Source: the human T2T-CHM13v2.0 reference genome, Homo sapiens. From it: a stretch of 64,000 nucleotides of DNA. The translations under genes and the position numbers were made by a program. Numbering within the stretch: the first letter of the stretch is position 1; every line of letters begins with the position of its first letter. The stretch is from the NCBI RefSeq assembly GCF_009914755.1, contig NC_060927.1; one strand, written 5' to 3'. Below are positions 13,571 through 27,742 of the stretch, in pieces. The notes beneath the pieces were generated by a model. That model saw nothing but the letters and a program-made list of their open reading frames with translations. It had not been told where the DNA came from and made no database searches.

Positions 13571-14767
13571 AGAAGCCTTAACCTATTGTATACTGTCCTT
13601 CACTTGGGAATGAAATTATTTTCAGTGCGCCCTTCCCACAGGCTATGCATTTTTGTCATTGTGACACAGTGATGCTCCAGAACCTCCTACTGGGAGAATG
13701 AAGGCATCACCAAGCCTTTAGTAGCCACACCCAGTCACATGACCTGCATTTTGTAATATAGTTTGCTCAGTGTGGTCTTCAACCCCTTGCTCAGTGTATA
13801 AAATGGTACTTCTCAAAGCCTTTGTCATCTCACAAAACTAAAATTTCATCCTTAGCCCAGGATTTTTGACTCATGTTGTTTGTTTTTTGTAGTAGTTTCA
13901 TTTTTAACCAAGGAAATCATTTTTAATCTTCTCCCCTGTTGTTTAAAGGGTTTAAAAGTTCAGCATGGTGAGTTTTTATGGGGCGTTTAATGAGAAGCCA
14001 AGCATTGTAAACATATCCAAATGATCACAGTAGTGTAGTTTACCAAATCCTTTTTCTATGCACACTGACCTGACCTCCCTTCAAAATATGAAACAGATGG
14101 GCCCAACTAGAATTCTCCAGCTATTCCGGACATTATTGTCAAGGTTTCTCACATTCTAAAACCTGGTGAGATGAGGCTAGCTCTTGAATGGAAACAACAG
14201 TCCCCAACAAGACTGTAAGCTGCATGGAGGCAGGTGCTATGTCTGTCTTGTCCTGGGTTCTCTTCTGGCCTTATTGTGGCATCTGCCAGCTCCCAGAGGC
14301 TGCATGTTGGTGAAGTGAATTACTCTTCTTGCCATAGAGAAAATGGGCTGGCTAAAGGGACGTGTAAAGCAGAGAGAAGACAAGATCAGGGAAAGGGCAC
14401 ATTTGGGATCAAAGTGATTTGATTCAGGAGAAAGTACTTGCCCTCCACAACTTTACCTATACCTAGCAGGTAAGAAGAAGAAAGATTACGTGACAAATAA
14501 TCTAGTTCTATCCTCGTGAAAATCATTTAGCACCACGATGGTGATTACTTAGACTAGAGATTAGAATGAGCTCTGAAGAACTGAAATTCAAGCCAGAAGA
14601 GACTGGTAAAATTTCAGCTTTTAATAATTCAAATACTCTTATGCCGCAGCCTATTTATTTGTTTTTCATCTAATGTTACAGTTCTAAGAAACTTAGCAAG
14701 TTAGACTGCCTGTGGTTGTGCTATATCTGCCCACTTATCAGCATTTTTTATTTTCTTGAAATTTTAG

Positions 14768-14886
14768 GCACAGAAAAATGAGAGAGAGTCTATCAGACAG
14801 AAGTTGGCACTTGGAAGCTTCTTTGATGATGGCCCAGGAATTTATACCAGCTGTAGCAAAAGTGGGAAGCCAAGCCTTTCCTCCCG
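14768..14886 (+). CDS. SCHIP1: SCHIP1 shared coding exon ([40 protein letters not shown])
   Basis: Acceptor attttag|GCA, donor CG|gtgagt; 119 nt, phase 0 to 2. Confidence 0.96.
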
Positions 14887-15511
14887 GTGAGTGTTCTTTT
14901 GAGTTGAATTTCTGATATGTACACAGTGGATTCTGTCACTTGACTATTCTAATAAAAAAAAGCCTTTAAATCTTCTGTAGTTTTTTTTTCCCCCTCGCAT
15001 AATACTGCCATCTTTATTTGGGTTTTAGACAGACCCTTCCCCACTTGTTTGTCGGTTTCTTTGTTGTTGTTGTTGTTATTATTGGCTCATTTCCCAGCTA
15101 CTTGAGGTCAGATTTTTATATTCCATTTTTTTTCTAGCCACAATACTGATTCTGTACACTGATAGAGGAATCAAGCCACACTCCTAAGCAAGCTGACTTA
15201 TGATTAGAGACATGTGGCAGACTACCAAATTTCCCATTAAGCAGTCCCAGATCACCCAGAATCACCCCCCTGACACATTTGATTGCAATAAATACTCGTA
15301 ACTGAGAAATACAATTCCCGCTTTGATCATTCAATGTTTATTACAGTTCTTAACCTGTCCTTCTGGTGGTTTTTCTTTATCTTAATTTATTTCAGGATAT
15401 CATTACTCTTTATCATAATTTATTTCAGAATATTATTGGTCATTTGCGTAGCTTCTAATTCCAAGTAAGATATTTAAATTATAATTTTATCCAAAAAACA
15501 GTGCTATAGGC

Positions 15512-15675
15512 CAGAGTTTCTCGAACTTTAATGTGCTTATGAATCATCTGGGGATTTTGTTAAAATGAAGACTCTGATTCAGTAGATCTAGGTGGGGCTC
15601 AAGATCCTCCATTTCTATGAAGCCCCAGCTGTGATATTCATGCTGCCATTCCATAGGCTACTTTGATTAGTGAAA
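15512..15675. mobile_element. MER5-family MITE
   Basis: cagagtttctcgaacttt...gaatcatctggggattttgttaaaatg...gattcagtagatctaggtgggg. Confidence 0.65.
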
Positions 15676-16559
15676 GTATAGACAGTCTGAAAAATTAGGC
15701 ATTACAAATACGGGTATTCCAAGTGATGAAAGCATGTAGAATGTTTTTACTAAGATGATAGTAACTGATCAGCATTCTCATGGTCTCCCCTCACTCCCCA
15801 AATGTCTGTTTCCTCTCAGTCTTCCTTTTGGCTAAAAGCAAATATACTCTGTTAAAATACTCAGTTATTTTACCATCTTAAGCTAGGCATTGGAAACAAA
15901 TTATAGTATTTATGCATCCATTTAACCAACATATTTCTTCCATGTCTGCATGTGAGGCCTGGAACTAGGCATTTTTAAAATATCTATCTGTATTCCATAT
16001 GGCTTTCAGTAAGGTTTGTACTACTATCTTATCCTGAGAGATTCTAAATCAGCAAAAATCGGAAAGCAGAAAGCAGACACATGCTCACATATACACCTAT
16101 TTGTGAGGCACTGCAGGCAGATCAGTACATCAAGACAAGAGTGCCAGTTTCACCAGACAGTGTTCCAGCATCTCTTCCTCTGCTGGGTGCCAGCTCTGTC
16201 TCAGAACATTCCCTTGTGTTCCTACACATCCCTCCAGAACTGGATGGTCAGCCCTCCTCTTTCCCTTAGGAGCACCTCTTTCCCCTCCCAGTCAGATGTG
16301 GCAGAAGGCGCTTTGGCCTAGGAACCTGGAGATCTGAGGATTAGTCCTAGTACACTTCTAATTTTGAAACTTTAACAATTTACTTAGTTTTACCATGTCT
16401 CATTTTCTTCATTTTTGTGAAATGAGAGCATTGGACCATATCATCTTATAGATCTCTGCTACTGCTCTCTAATATTTCCCAGAGTGCCAAAATGTCTTCT
16501 TTTAGAAGCCCAATCTCTCTGTTCAGCAATGTCATATCCATGTTACAAATGAGAGGTTT

Positions 16560-16826
16560 TGATTTTGAAAATCAGTGATTTATATATATATATATAAATC
16601 AATGATTTATATATATATAAATCAATGATTTTTATATATATACACACACATATACCTATGTACATATACATATATATGGGTTATATATAACATACGTATA
16701 TATTAGCTAATATTAATCTATATGTAACATACCTATATATAACCCATATATATGTATATGTACATAGGTATATATGGATGTATACATATATATATGTGTC
16801 TTTGTGTGTGTGTGTGTATATGTATA
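16560..16826. repeat. AT-rich palindrome cluster with perfect 40-bp inverted repeat
   Basis: 16650-16689 is the exact reverse complement of 16734-16773; perfect palindromes at 16576-16601, 16603-16624 and 16700-16713. Confidence 0.92.
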
Positions 16827-17254
16827 CTCCAGATATATTTATATTATCCTTGTGCCACTCTCCAGAAGAAATAACTTTTTACTCCTTAACTGTTTCTTCT
16901 GGTATTTACCTACATATCTCTAAATAAAATGCTTATCTTCTTAGTTTTTATTTTAACCATCAGACTACCTGCTATAAAAAGATAGTGATTTAGCTCTTTT
17001 TTTACAGCCCTCCCAAAGACTGTCATCTCTTCTATTCTTCCTTTAGAGTAATTTCACAATTTAGAGTCAAATAGCTATTTAATGTTTACATTATTAAGAT
17101 TATGCATTATTCATCGCTTCTCAGCCTTTTAGCTAAGATCAAGTGTAAATTATGCATTATTCCCACTGAACCACGTAGTAAACTATGGTTACTTGAGAAA
17201 TTTTATTTTTTGTCCTGAAATTAGAATTGCCTCCTTTCTCCCCATGTTCTGCAT

Positions 17255-19690
17255 TTGTATTCCAGTGTGTGAATATACCACAATTTATTTGGCCTCTCTC
17301 CTGATAATGGGCATTGGATTATTTCAAAGGTTTTGCTCTTGTAAACAATGCTACGTATAAACATTCTTGTATATGTCTTCTGCTATACATATGCAAGAGT
17401 TTCTCTTTGGGGCATACCTAGGAGTAGAATTACTAGGAAAATACATGATTGTTTACACTTAGAATATAATGTCAAACTGTTTTCCAACATGGTTGCAACA
17501 GATTATACTCCTACCAGCAATGTTTCAGAGATCCTGTGGATCCATAACGTTACTAACATTTGATATTGCCAATTCTTTTAAGTTTTTGTGAAGATTGAAT
17601 AGGTATAAAATGATTTTTATTGTGTATATTAGCCGTATTTGTTTTCTCTTCTGTGAAATATCTGTTTGGGTCCTATGCCAAATTGCTGTTGGATTCTTTA
17701 TGCTTTTCTCATCAACTTATCGAAGTTCTTCAGTCATGATACTAATCCTTAATACACTGTATGTATTGCATATATCATTTCCCAGGTTGTAACTTATTTT
17801 TCACTTTTTTAATATGTGTTTTATGACCAGAAGTTCTGAATTTTATAGGTTGATTTTATACTGAATTTTATCAAACTTTTCTAGTCAATGGCTTTCTGTA
17901 TCTTGTGTAAGAAATTTTCTTCTCCCCCAAGATCCAATAGACATTCATTAGATTTCCTACCAAGAGTCGAAAGTGTTGAGTTTTTAAAAGTCTGCAATCA
18001 GTCAAAAGTTGATTTCTTGATATGGTATGGAGAAGTCAAATTTGATCGTTTTCCTTATATATGACCATTTTTTTATCATATTTATTGGACAATCCCTCTT
18101 TTACTCACTGATCTTATAGACTACTCCCATATATACTGTATGTTAATGGAAATATATTCTATTTTATTATTGTTTCTATCTCAGCAGCAAAACTATAGTG
18201 TTAATTACAATAGCTTCAAAATAAGTCCTGATATCTGGACAGGAAAGTCCTTTTTGTTATTCTTTTTCTTCAGAAGTATGCTGCCTGTTACGGCTTTTTT
18301 TATTCCTCCACATAAACTTTAAATAATATAATCAAGTTCAACAAAATACTCTCTTGGAATTTTGACTGTAATTGCATTGATTCTATAGACCAATTTAGGA
18401 AGCATTACATTTTCTCATTGTCTTTCTATCCATGAATATGGTCTGTCTCCCCCTTATTTAGATCTTATTAGGTATTTCTTAATAAGGTTTAGACATATTA
18501 CACATCTCTTGTTATATTTATTTCTTTCTTAATAAGGTTTAGACATATTACACATCTCTTGTTATATTTATTTCTAGATACTTGCTATTCTGATAAATTC
18601 TCTTCAGTAATGCTTTCTCATTTGCTGCTGGTGAACAGAAATGCAATTAACTTTGTATACTAGTATTATATTCAGCCACTTTGTTATTACTCCTATTACT
18701 TCTCTACTCTCCTATTATTTCTAATAAAGTTGTCTGTAGATTCCCTGGGATTTTTAAAGAATGATATCATCTACAAATAATGGCAGCTTTATTTATTCAT
18801 TTTCAATTCTCATGCTTTTGGTTTCTTTGTCTTATTGGATTGGCTAGGTACCCTAATACAGTGAGGATTAGAAATAGTAGTAGTTGGAATCCTTAGCTAA
18901 TTTCTCATATTAAATGAAATGTTTCTACTGTTTTCCCATTTCAGATGATGTTAATTTTATGTTTCCTTTAATGATTCTCTTTATGAGATGATGTTCCCTC
19001 CCAGGTATAACTTACAAAGAATTTTTATCATGAATGGGTATTTAACTGTATCACATGCTTTTTCTTCATCTGTTGAGTTGAAGAAAAAGTACAATTTCAC
19101 TCTGTTAATCTATTATATGAATTAATGAATTACATTTATAGATTTTCAAAATATTAAACCATGCTAGCATACCCAGTCTAAACCTAAAGTGGTTAGGGAG
19201 TATTATATTTTTTCAGATACTGTTGGAGTATTATATTTTTTCAGATACTAATATTATAAATAAAATCTGAGTAAATAATTATAAATAAAATTCATATTTT
19301 ATTTGTAACATTTTGTTTAGGATTGTTAGGTTTATATTCATGATTGACATGAATCTATTGTATTCTTTTCTTCTGACATTTTTGCTTGGTTTTAGTATCA
19401 GGGTTATGCTGGCTTAAAAATGGATTGGGAAGTATTCTCTTTCATATTGTCTAAGAAAAGTTTACATAATATTTTTATGATCTGTTTCTATAAAGCTTGG
19501 TAGGACTCATTTCTCTCTGGGCCTGGTGTTTACTTTGTGTATTTGCTTTAACGACAGCTTCCATTTCTTAAGTGGTTATAATATTATACATACTTTTTAT
19601 TTCCTCAGATCAGTCTGATGAGTTATATTTTTCTAGGAATATGTCCATTTTGTTTGTTTTCAAAATTGTTGGCATGATGTTTTCTCATTT
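17255..19690 (-). mobile_element. Old, degraded L1M fragment
   Basis: Antisense L1 hallmarks: aatataccacaatttatt...aaacaatgct...ataaacattcttgtata...cctaggagtagaatt...ctatccatgaatatgg...ttttagtatcagggttatgctggc...tctgggcctggtg. Confidence 0.75.
18475..18574. repeat. Perfect 50-bp tandem duplication
   Basis: 18475-18524 is identical to 18525-18574. Confidence 0.95.
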
Positions 19691-19859
19691 CTCTGAAAGT
19701 ATTAATTTTAATTAAGTTGTTTAAAATGTTTTCCTGTCCATCATGACTTTTTCTGAGTTTATTTTTCATTTGTTTTGCTTTCTGCCCACCAATAACTAAG
19801 TATAAGACACTAAAAGCTGTTTATAAACTGTGGTTGGGGCTAGTTGGCATGCATCATCT

Positions 19860-20155
19860 GCTTAGAGAGCCCTTCCCTGACCACCCTATTAAAAGTAAAC
19901 GTTCTCGTACCCATCACTTTGTCCGGTCTTACCCTGCTTATCTTCTTACCCTGATTTGTTTGTTGGGGGGGGTGGGGGGGGGCTTATTATAACCTAACGT
20001 TGTAGTATATATACTTTGTTCTGTCTTTCTCTAGCTCTAAAATATAAGCTCTAAGAGAGCAAGACTTCGTCTCTATTTTGTTCACCACTGTAACTATTGC
20101 CTAAAATAGTATCTAATACATAATCACTAAATATTTGTTGAATAAATGAATGGTG
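19860..20155 (+). mobile_element. L2 3' end
   Basis: ccttccctgaccacccta...ttttgttcaccactgta...aatatttgttgaataaatgaatg. Confidence 0.7.
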
Positions 20156-21602
20156 AACTTCACTATAGAATGGCTGAATAAGGACACAGCTCTTTCATTG
20201 GGATGCATCTAATTGAAAGTATCTAGGAGTCTTTTCTCTTGGGCTATGAATTGCGACTGAGAGAAACCCTCCAACCTCATCTTGAGGCATTTTAAACCTG
20301 GCTGCCAATGTTTTAAGACTCTAGCAGGGGAAAGATAGGAACTGTAGCATATAAAATTTTACTTAATTTCCTTGATTTCAGTAAAGCATCTCTTTGCCAC
20401 CTCAGCTGTGCCTGAGCATGCTCCAGTCTCAACCTCTTAAGACAATAAATTTCCTGATTCTGCCAGGCCACAGGTGGTCAGGGCAGATAGCAGGGCAAGA
20501 GGGTCCTTTCAGGTGTTAAATCAATCTTTGTGTTCGGTCCTACTTCACTCCCCTACTTTCAGCTGTATCTGAGCATTTCGAGGATCCTGCAGTAGAAATG
20601 CATGTGCTTCCTCTACCAGCCTCCCCTGTGGGCACATGGTAGATTGAGGTAGTTAAGTCAAATACTCCCCACCCATCTGCATATTATCTTCTAAAATTTC
20701 ATCAAAATCCCTTGTGTGCTGTTGTTTCCATTTCCTTTTTCTTTGTGCATATAGATTTGTACCTTCTTTTTTTCTTTAATATTATTTTAGTAAGATTTCA
20801 GAAGTGAGAGTAGATACTTGTGCTTAATATGCCATGGTTAACTAGAAGGTTTTCACTGTTTTTAATAGCACAAATATGTTGATTAAAACCCTGTGTGGAA
20901 ACCCAGCTTGGCAGTCCTCCTTTGGTTCAGGAGGACTGAAGGAGAGAGACTGGAATACCTCTGCCCAGAAAATGTGTCCCCCATCCTAATTGCCCCTTTC
21001 CATGCCTGCCCTTTGGTACCTCTCTCCATCCTTCCCCTACAAGCCCCTGAAGCCTACCTGAAACTCTTCTGGCAAAGCAGAATTTGAAAATCACTGAGTC
21101 ATCTGCCCCCTGTGGAGACACGGATATCTAAACACAAATGTATTTCACAGTAGCTCATAACAAGCTACACTTGTTGACTCACCATAAGGAAGATTATTTA
21201 TATCCTGTTCTTTCTGATACTTTCATCTCCACATTCTGGGATGAGATCATCTTCTGAGAACACGATGACTGTTTGGGATCTCTCTCAGAATGATGGTTAA
21301 TAATGAGACTACATATTTCTAAGAAATATCACTTTATCCCTATAAATTTAAAGTTTGCAAAGACTGACTGTCATCCTCCTCATCAGTAATAATGTAGGAG
21401 AAAAGCCTTTAGAATGTTCAGTTGCAATTGTGTAACCCATACTCCCTATCCCTGTTAGAATTTGTTTCTGCTGCATCACTATCCCTGAAATTCTTCATTG
21501 AACTGGAAATACCTTACCTCTTACTTACAAAAGTACTTGAGGGATGTCAGAACATTGAGTTCACCAGTATGGTACTCCAAAATGTACCAGAGCACATAAT
21601 AG

Positions 21603-21749
21603 TATTTGAAAAACCATTAGGTAACTTACAGAAAAGCTATCATTTTTTATGCCCTCCTCCAAGGATTACCTCTAGTATTCTAAAATATTACACAATTTCA
21701 ACGTGAAATAGATTTTAAGTGGATCTTTTGAGGAGTAATAAGATTAAAA
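21603..21749 (+). repeat. Copy 1 of a ~150-bp local direct repeat
   Basis: Aligns by eye with 23599-23759. Confidence 0.9.
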
Positions 21750-23598
21750 CCAGGTAAACCTGATATGAATTTACTACTCTGAAGAGCTCAATGCCCAATT
21801 TTAAATGAGGCTGGAGATTTAAAATTAATTGACCAAGCAGTGGATTCCTAAATGCTAAGCTTACTTTTTAAGGCAGGGCCTACTGAGGTGAGTGGGATCT
21901 TTGGCAAACTAATGGAGTTCTGTTTATGTTTCTTTAAAGGCTGTATATTTGCCTGTAGAAACTAACTCCATGCACAGTATGTGAGAAATTATCAAGTAAC
22001 ATGAGGGTCTGGGAAGACTGGAGTTTCAACTGTTCCTGTGAGCGTGAGTTCCTCTCAGTTGTCTGTTGGGTTTTAGCCCCACTGGATTTTTCTAGATGTT
22101 GCTATCTCCTAAAGCACTTCTTAAGAGTGACAAGTTGTTAAATGAAAGCTAGGCTTACAATAATCCCATAAAGACATTTCATGCCTAATAGTGCAGCAAA
22201 ATAATATTTGATGTTGCTTCATAACTCAACTAATTAAATTTGACTTATACTGAAATGTGGCAAGTAGAGTGTCATTTTTTTCTTCAAAATTTGCTAATCC
22301 ACACATTATCAGCCCTTTACAAACTGAAACTGTATAACCTTTGTCATTTTTTCTATTTAAAAGTGTTTCCGTAAAAAGTTTTTTAAAGCTTAAAATGAAA
22401 TGAGAAAAATGAATTATCTATTTTTGAAATAAGGTTTCTAAGAAATATTAGGGTTAGTCATATTCTTGAAGAAACATTTTTTCTATTATTACTAGTATGA
22501 TACTTTCCTATAAAATATGTTTTCATTGGCCAAACTAATTATCAGTTAGCATTATGTTTCAGATGATGAGCTTGTATAGCTTAGTGTAATTAAAGGAATA
22601 GAAACAGGCTTAGCTGCTGTGGGAACACAAGATAGTCTTTATTAATAGATATCTGGGAAATCTTTTATTTTTTAAACATTACAACCTGACCTAACATTGT
22701 GAAGGAAGTTTTCTCTGCCTTCTCCTTTTACCTTTTCTCAGAGTAACCACGAAATAAATTTGATTCTCACCTCTCTTCTTACCTTACCCCAAGAGAGAAC
22801 TTATTTACATACATATACATATAAACACAGTCTTTTTCATAAAGTGTGCAATGGGATGATGTGACCTGAAATAGGCTATACCATTTTCTCCAAAGGCTGA
22901 ATATTATGAAAAACAGAAATTCCCCAGAGAACTTTTGAGCAGCTGCTTTGAATAATGATTACTGTTTACTTAACTCAACCATTCCAACATCACCCAATCA
23001 AAACTCATTTCTTTCTTGGCCTTATAGGTTTATTGGTAAATGGCTGAGACAAGGCCAATAATGGACACCTGCCATCTCCTTTTGTGTTTGGGCTGGAGGG
23101 CAAGGAGTGGGGGGCACCCTAACTGGGAGCTGTTATCAACTGGACCAATAACAGTGAATCCAGAGAGACTTCAAAGAAATAGGATTCACAGGGACTTTAA
23201 AAGTGAGGAACTGAGAATCTGTATATACAATGTGCCACGAATCACAGGTCGAACCAGCATCATTTTGCCAAGAAAGTCAATCATCCTTTTGTCTCTAACA
23301 GTAATAATTGTTGTATGATTTTCTGGAAGAAGTAAGCACAACGGTTATATCTGCCCAGCGTTAATGAGGAAAGAGGTTGTCTAGTTCCAACTCAGTGAAA
23401 TTGCCTGTCTGTGGCATCTTTCTTGAAATAATAGATGCATACTGTAGCAACCTATTTATAACATGCAACATATCTTTAACATTTCATATTAGTCTCATAC
23501 ATATATACTAAAGATTTGCTTTAAAAACCCTTCATATAAGTATTTCCAAGGTGTGTGTCATTGCAAATGGTAGCTAATGATGACTTCTTTTTTTTCAC

Positions 23599-23759
23599 TA
23601 TTTGAAAGGCCACTGGGTAGTCTAAAAAAAAAAAAAAAAAAAACTATCATTTTTTATGCCCCTCCTCTAAGGATTGCTTCCAGTATTCAAAAATATTACA
23701 CAATTTCAAAAGTGAAGCAAGATTTGAAGTAGATCTTTTGAGGAGTAATAAGATTAAAA
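23599..23759 (+). repeat. Copy 2 of a ~150-bp local direct repeat (with poly-A expansion)
   Basis: Aligns by eye with 21603-21749. Confidence 0.9.
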
Positions 23760-24416
23760 TGGCAAAACAAATCTAATTATGTAAGCAATTCTTCTCCTTC
23801 ACAAACCTGAAAGAAAAGCAAATTGGTATTTGTGAAATTTTCTTTGTCTAATAAATAGTCTCACTTTACAATAACACCAATGACCCTGGTTTAATTAGGT
23901 GCAATTAATTTTATGCAAGCTGAATTTGACATCTTGCTAGAGGCATAACCAGCTGTACCCTGTCTTATGAATTTTTTTTTATCACCAATGAGAATTCAAT
24001 TGCCTGAGCTATTGCAAAAGAGGGGGAGGCAGGAAGAAAAAGACCACAGGGCTGCATTTTATATTTAAAAATGGCTCTAGTAGACAGCTGAATGTTTAAT
24101 TAAAAGAGTTTCTAGGAATTATTTTTCATTGGTGCATCATCTTTGACAAGCTATGATGACTTTATTACTGTAGTTTGCATTCTCTTTGGACAGTGGTCCT
24201 ATACATGTGTCTAGACACACACAGTTCACGTGACAGTGCTCCATTGAGAGTGCACAAAAGCATTCATTGCTGCTAGAAAACATTCTAACTGACTGCAGGT
24301 GAGCCATGTTATCTAAGGTTTAACACCATCCTTTTACTCAATCCTGTTGTAAAATTTTCTGTCCTGCTTGGATTGTTCTCATTCAGATTATTGCACGCAT
24401 TAAAAACCCATGGAAA

Positions 24417-24555
24417 GCCAGGCACAGTGGCATGTGCCTGTAGTCACAGCTACTCAGGAGGCTGAGATGGGAGGATCCCTTGAGCCCAGGAGCTTGAGGA
24501 TAGCTTAGGCAACACAGCGAGAACCTGTCTCTAGAACAAAACAAAACAAAACAAA
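24417..24555 (+). mobile_element. Alu monomer (FLAM-like) with (CAAAA)n tail
   Basis: gccaggcacagtggcatgtgcctgtagtc...gagcccaggag...acctgtctct. Confidence 0.85.
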
Positions 24556-24899
24556 CCATGAAAGAGATTTCTGATGAGAACAGAAACCATTAGTGCAATC
24601 AACAGATTACAAAGAGGAAAACAAGATCCAATGGCTATAATTTGTGAAGTGTTTTCTAAGTAGACAGAATATTTATGTATGGCATTAGAAAATCAGTGTC
24701 ATTGAAAACACTATAAAAAGCTCAGATCCTGCCATATTTGTCCCCCATTCTTCCAGTCTCCCTGCTTCTGTCACCAGAGACAATCACTGTTCCAGGATTT
24801 GTATTTGTTCTTCCACCATCGATCATGAGGTGGTGTATCCACATGCTCTGTTAATCACCATGCTTTTTCACTTATCAACATGTTTCGGGTCTGTTCACT

Positions 24900-25138
24900 A
24901 GGCAGGCAGTGTAGCGTGGTGGGTAGGAGCGGGGTATTGGGAACCAGAGGGTCTGGCTTGGAATCTTGACTCTGCCGCTTACTAGCACTTACTAATGGCT
25001 TCACTTGTGGCTCAGTTTCCTCATCTGTAAAATAGGGTAATAATTGTGCCTACTTCATGGGGTTACTGTGAGGAAGACCAGCAAAGCACTCAGAAGAGTG
25101 CCTGGACGAGAGTCAGTGCTGCATTAGTAGGTGCTGCT
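24900..25138 (+). mobile_element. MIR SINE
   Basis: ggcagtgtagcgtggtgg...gactctgccgcttactag...ctcagtttcctcatctgtaaaataggg. Confidence 0.8.
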
Positions 25139-25139
25139 A

Positions 25140-26020
<881 letters not shown>

Positions 26021-26800
26021 TTGATCCACTGCATTCTTTTTCACGACTGCGTAGAATTCAAACAGTCACAAACTAAATCATGAAAGCCAGTGTTTTTGAG
26101 ATGAAGCTTACCATGGAACCAAGCCTAAATGGTGGCCCCAAAATGTTTCTAAACATGAACATAAAAAGTGGTAAAGCAGTGCTTTAATGGTCAAAAGAAT
26201 AAAAGAATTTGCAATTAAGATTTTCGCCTACTTCAGGAATATGCCTCAGAAACACACACAGGCACTGACTCTCCGCTGTCATGTTTTTTACCCAGTCCGC
26301 ATGAACATTTTCAAAGGTCTGGAAGGGGAAAAGTATTTCTTCTCTAACCTTCATTGCCTCAACAGCTGAAACTCATCAGCAGGTGGGGTAGATAGGTGTT
26401 TAAACTCTGTCTGAGCTGAGCAGAATAAATAGGCAGCCTGGCTTTAAAAATACAAACAGTTAAATTTATATCAATTACGTTAGAGTCTGTAATTTACTGC
26501 AGATCCAAGGAGGAGAATGAAATCAAGACTGGATTGAGGAGGGATGTCAACAGTTGAATCAGAGTCCATCCACAGAAATGTTCTCTTATAAGAAAATATG
26601 TTTCTTGCTGCCCACGGATCTCCCACCACCTCCAGCACCCTGCCAAAAACAAAAGTCCCTGCATAGACATGGCTGAGTCAGACACACAGCCATCCTCTTC
26701 CAGCCATCAAACACTGATCTGCTCACCTTTTCTCCAACACACAAATGCTAATCATCAACTCGGTCATGTTCTTTCCTTTTCTTTTTTAAATTCTTGCCAA

Positions 26801-27603
<803 letters not shown>

Positions 27604-27658
27604 TTATAGCATAGGTACTGTTTTTAGCCTTCTTTCTTTTACTTAACAGTCGGAAACT

Positions 27659-27742
27659 TTCATCCAATCTAATAATATTGGACTAAGCTTACTCATAAGA
27701 TTCATCTAATGTAATAATATTGGACTAATCTTATTCATAAGA
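27659..27742. repeat. 42-bp tandem duplication (4 mismatches)
   Basis: 27659-27700 versus 27701-27742. Confidence 0.9.

Noticed and set aside
19965-19982. G8-T-G9 run (G-quadruplex potential)
   Set aside because: Simple homopolymer expansion inside an L2 relic; no evidence of function.
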